From the human T2T-CHM13v2.0 reference genome, Homo sapiens: a stretch of DNA of 64,000 nucleotides. The DNA is taken from the NCBI RefSeq assembly GCF_009914755.1, contig NC_060940.1. One strand, 5' to 3'. The position numbers were made by a program, and so were the translations under genes. The number at the start of each line of letters is the position of its first letter. Within the stretch, counting starts at the first letter, position 1. Positions 60,101 through 64,000 of this stretch are shown here, piece after piece. A model generated the notes under the pieces. The model was given only the letters and a program-made list of their open reading frames with translations, was not told the DNA's origin and did not search any database.

Positions 60101-63100
60101 GTTTCCGTTCAATTCCATTCGATGATGATTCCATTCGATTCCATTCAATGATTGCATTCAATTCCATTCAATGATTATCCCATTAGAGTAAACTCAACGA
60201 TTCCATTCAATACCATTCGATGATGATTCCTTTTGAGTCCATTCAATGATTTCATTCAAGTCCATTTGATGATTCCTTTCAATTCCATTCTATGATGATT
60301 CCATTCGAGTCCATTCGATGATTCCATTCGATTGCATTCGATGATTCCATTATATTCCATTCAATGGTGTTTCCATTCGAGTCCATTCCATGATTCCATT
60401 AGAGTACATTTAATGATTGCTTTGTTTTCAATTCGAAGATGATTACATTGGATTCCATTCTATGATACCATTCGATTCCATTCAATGATGATTCCACTCA
60501 AATCCATTGGATGATTCCATTCGTGTCCATTCGGTGATTTCATTAGATTCCATTCGAGGATGATTCCATTCGATTCCATTCGATGATTCCATTCAATTCC
60601 ATTCGATGATGATTCCATTCCAGTCCATATGATCATTCCATTTGATTTCATTCGATGATGATTCCATTCGATTCCATTCGACGATTCCATTCTATTCCAT
60701 TCGATGATGATTCCATTCGAGTCCATTCGATGATTCCATTCGAGTCCATTTAATGATTCCATTGGGTTCAATTCAATGATGATTACATTGGATTCCGTTC
60801 TATGATTCCATTCAATTCCGTTCATTGACAATTTGATTCCATTCGATGATGATTCCATTTGAGTTCATTCGATGATTCTATTCGATTCTCTTCGATGGTG
60901 ATTCAATTCTATTATATTGGATGATTCCATTCGATTCCATTTGATGTTGATTCAATTCGATTCTATTCGATGATGATTCCATTGGATTTCACTTGATGAT
61001 TCTATTCGATTCCATTCAATGATGATTCACTTCTCGTCCATTGGATGATTCCATTTCATTCCATTCGATGATGATTCCATTCGATTCCATTCGATGATTC
61101 CATTTGATTCCATGCGACGGTGAGCAATTCGATTCAATTCCATGATGATTCTATTTGATTCAATTAGATGATGTTTCCATTCGAATCCATTCCATGATTA
61201 TTCCATTGGAATCCATTCGGCGATGATTCCATATGAGTCAATTCAATGATGATTCCATATGGGTCCGTTCGATGATAATTCCATTTGATTTCATTCGATG
61301 CTTCTATTCTATTCCAGTCGATGATGATTCCGTTGGTGTCCATACGATGATTCCATTTGATTTCATTTGATGATGATTCCATTCGATGATGATTACATTG
61401 GATTCCATTCTATGATTCCATTCAATTCCATTCGTTGATGATTCGATTCCATTCAATGATGATTCCATTTGAGTTCATTCGATGATTCTATTCGATTCCG
61501 TTCGATGGTGATTCAATTCTATTATATTGGATGATTCCACTCGATTCCATTTGATGATTATTCCATTGGAGTCCACTTAGTGAATCCTTTAGATTCTACT
61601 CGACGATGATTCCATTCGAGTCCATTCGATGATACCATTCAATTCCATTCGTTGATGCTTCCATTCAAGTGCATTCGATGATATCATTCGATTCCATTTG
61701 ATGATAATTCCATTTGATTCCATGCGATGATTCTATTCGATTCCATTCAATGATAATTCCATTCAATTCAGTGATTCCTCTGGACTCCATTTGATGATGA
61801 TTCCATTCAATGATTCCATTCGATTCTATTCGAAAATGATTCCATTTGAATCCATTTGATGATGATTCCATTAGATTCCATTTGATGATTCCATTCGATT
61901 CCATTCGACGATGATTCCATTCGATTCCGTTTGATGATTCCATTCTATTCTATTCGATGATGATTCCATTCGATTCCATTCGATGATGATTGGATTCGAT
62001 TCCATTTGATGATTTCATTTGATTCCATTCGTTAATGATTTCGATCAATTCCATTCGATGATTCCATTCGATTCCATTCGATAATGATTACATCCGAGTC
62101 CATTCGATGATTCCCTTTGAGCCTGTTCGATAATTCCATTTGAGTCCAACCAATGATTCCATTCATTTCCATTCAATGATTCCATTCGAGTCCATTTGAT
62201 CATTCCGGTAGGGTCCATTCGATGTTGATTCCATTGGAGTGCATTCGATGATTCCATTCGAGTCCATTTTAGGATTTGATTCGAGTCCTTTCGACGATTC
62301 CATTCGATTCCACTCGATGATGATTTCATTCGAGTCCATTCGACACTTCCAATCGATTCCATTTGATGATTCCATTCGAGTCCAATTGATGATTCCATTC
62401 AATTCCATTCGATGATGATTCCGTACGATTCCATTCTGTGATGATTCCATGTGATTGCATTCAATGATGATTCCTTTCGATTGCATTCGATTATGATTCA
62501 TTTCGTGTTCATTCTATGGTTCCACAGGTTTCCATTCGTGTCCATTCCATTATTCCATTCTATTCCATTTGATGATGATTCCATTCGATTCCATTCATTG
62601 GTGATTCCACTCAATTCCATTCAATGATTCCATTCCATTTCTTTCAACAATGATTCCATTAGTTTCTAATCGATGATCCACTTGATTCCATTTGACGACG
62701 ATTCCATTCTTGTCCATTCGATGATTCCATTTGATTCCATATGATGATGATTCCATTCGATTCCATACCATGATGATTCCATTCGAGTCCATTCAATGGT
62801 GATTCCATTCAATTCCATTCGATGATTCCTTTTGATTCCACTCGATGATGATGGCATTCGATTCCTTTCAATCATTCCCTTTGATTCCATTCAAAGGTGA
62901 TTTCATTCAAGTCCATTCGATAATTGCATTCGATTCCATTGTATGATGATTCCATTCGAGTCCATTTGATGATTCCATTCAATTCAAGTCAATGATGATT
63001 CCATTCGATTCCATTCGATGATTCCATTGGATTCCATTCGATGATGATTCCATTCAAATCCATTCGATAATTCAATTCAAGTCCATTCGATGATGATTCC

Positions 63101-63224
63101 AATCGAATCCATTCAAAGATTCCATTCAGTTCCATTCGATGATTCCCTTAGATTCCATTCGATGATTCCACTTGATTGCATTTACGATGATTCCATTCGA
63201 TTCCATGTGATGATTCCATTCAAT
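57165..63224 (+). repeat. 6060-bp long higher-order unit L2
   Basis: The unit-start ORF jumps from 57166 to 63226. Colinear with L1 at offset +25224, e.g. ORFs 33864/59088 and 35236/60460. Confidence 0.95.
58973..61935 (+). repeat. 2963-bp HSat2 segment specific to the long unit (L2 copy)
   Basis: Same sequence as 33749-36711 at +25224, with few SNVs (e.g. G34724/A59948). Confidence 0.9.
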
Positions 63225-64000
63225 TCTATTCAATGATGTCTCCATTTGATTCCATTCGACCATGATTGCCTTTGATTCCATTCAATGATTCCATTCGGTT
63301 CCGTTTGATGATGATTCCGTTCGATTCCATTTGATGATTCCATTTGATTCCATTGGATGAGTCCATTCGATTACATTCGATGATTATTCCATTCGAGTGC
63401 ATTAGATGATTCCATTCGAGTCCATTCGATGATTCCATTCGATTCCATTCAATGTTGATTCTGTTCAAATCCATTCGATGATTCCACTCGATTCCATTCG
63501 TTGACTCCATTTGATCCCATTCGATGATTTCCTTTGATTCCCTTTGATGATCATTCCATTTGATTCAATTCGGTGATTTCATTTGATTCCATTCAGTGAT
63601 GTTTCCATTCGACTCCATTTGATGATGATTCCATTCGACTCCATTCGATTATGATTTCATTCAATTCCATTCGATAATGATTCCCTTCGAGTCCATTCGA
63701 TGATTCCATTCGATTCCATTCAACGATGATTTGATTCGTGTCCATTCGATGATTCCATTTGATTCCACTTGATGATGATTCCATTCGAGTCCATTTGATG
63801 ATTCCATTCAATTCCATACTCCGATGATTTCTTTTGAGCCCACTCAATGCTTCCACTCGATTCCATATGATGATGACTCCATTCGATGAAATTCGATGAT
63901 GATTCCATTCGCTTGCTTCGATGATGATTCCACTTGAGTCCGTTAGAAGATTTTATTCAATTACATTCCATGACGATTCCGTTCGAGTCCATTTGATGAT
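63225..64000 (+). repeat. Partial, more diverged higher-order unit (truncated by window end)
   Basis: Colinear with unit offsets 1-~777 but with many substitutions (TTTGATTCC vs TTTGCTTCC, CCGTTTGATGATG vs CCTTTTGATGATA, GATGAAATT vs GATTAAATT) and a 1-bp deletion (GCTTGCTTCG vs GCTTGCGTTCG). Confidence 0.9.

Larger units (their letters stand above)
1..64000 (+). repeat. Human satellite II (HSat2/HSATII) pericentromeric array, CATTC strand on +
   Basis: Continuous ATTCCATTCG(ATG)1-2 and ATTCCATTCGAGTCCATTCG motifs (23/26-bp building blocks) with dense TCGA and GANTC sites. The CATTCGATTC plus ATGATG signature separates HSat2 from HSat3, which has long pure CATTC runs. No non-satellite sequence seen. 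Confidence 0.97.

Noticed and set aside
12777-63224. A clean 25224-bp super-HOR (6 short + 1 long units) repeated twice
   Set aside because: The lengths allow it, but the SNV patterns of U5-U8 do not match U11-U14, and no long unit precedes U5. Only the units next to the long unit correspond.
2-63908. About 150 short minus-strand ORFs (60-132 aa) rich in MES/SNG/IEW/NHR
   Set aside because: They are translations of GGAATCATCATCGAATGGAATC. The minus strand is ATG-rich and stop-poor, while the plus strand is full of TGA. Overlapping frames give the same peptides, there are no recognisable domains, and frames open or close with single SNVs or indels (e.g. ORF 34587-34832 is absent from the L2 list).
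1-64000. CRISPR-like repeat/spacer array
   Set aside because: There are no unique spacers and no cas genes; all intervening sequence is degenerate copies of the same motif.
1-64000. HSat3 / heat-shock (HSF1) satellite, alpha satellite or CENP-B boxes
   Set aside because: Pure CATTC runs reach only about 3-4 copies, ATGATG spacers are everywhere (HSat2 signature), and no 171-bp monomer or CENP-B box was seen.
1-64000. Strand inversion or large palindrome within the array
   Set aside because: The CATTC orientation is constant on + throughout and all ORFs fall on the minus strand; no GAATG-oriented block was seen.

Overview
The whole 64 kb window is one uninterrupted, single-orientation array of classical human-type satellite II (HSat2/HSATII): diverged CATTC pentamers arranged as ATTCCATTCG followed by 1-2 ATG, with the pyrimidine-rich strand on +. 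I see no genes, RNA genes, transposons or CRISPR, and every listed ORF is a repeat artefact. The structure of interest is in the higher-order repeats (HORs). Units are phased arbitrarily from base 1: ten near-identical 3194-bp units (1-31940), one 6060-bp unit (31941-38000), six more 3194-bp units (38001-57164), a second 6060-bp unit (57165-63224), then a more diverged partial unit (63225-64000). The two unit lengths reconcile exactly: 6060 - 2963 (segment flanked by a 21-nt direct repeat) + 98 (tandem duplication) - 1 = 3194. This suggests the 3.2-kb HOR is a young deletion derivative of the ~6.1-kb HOR. Shared SNVs point to a 6388-bp two-unit duplication, a single-unit duplication and chimeric long units. 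I found no evidence of a new protein-coding system. All variant calls were read by eye and are not exhaustive.
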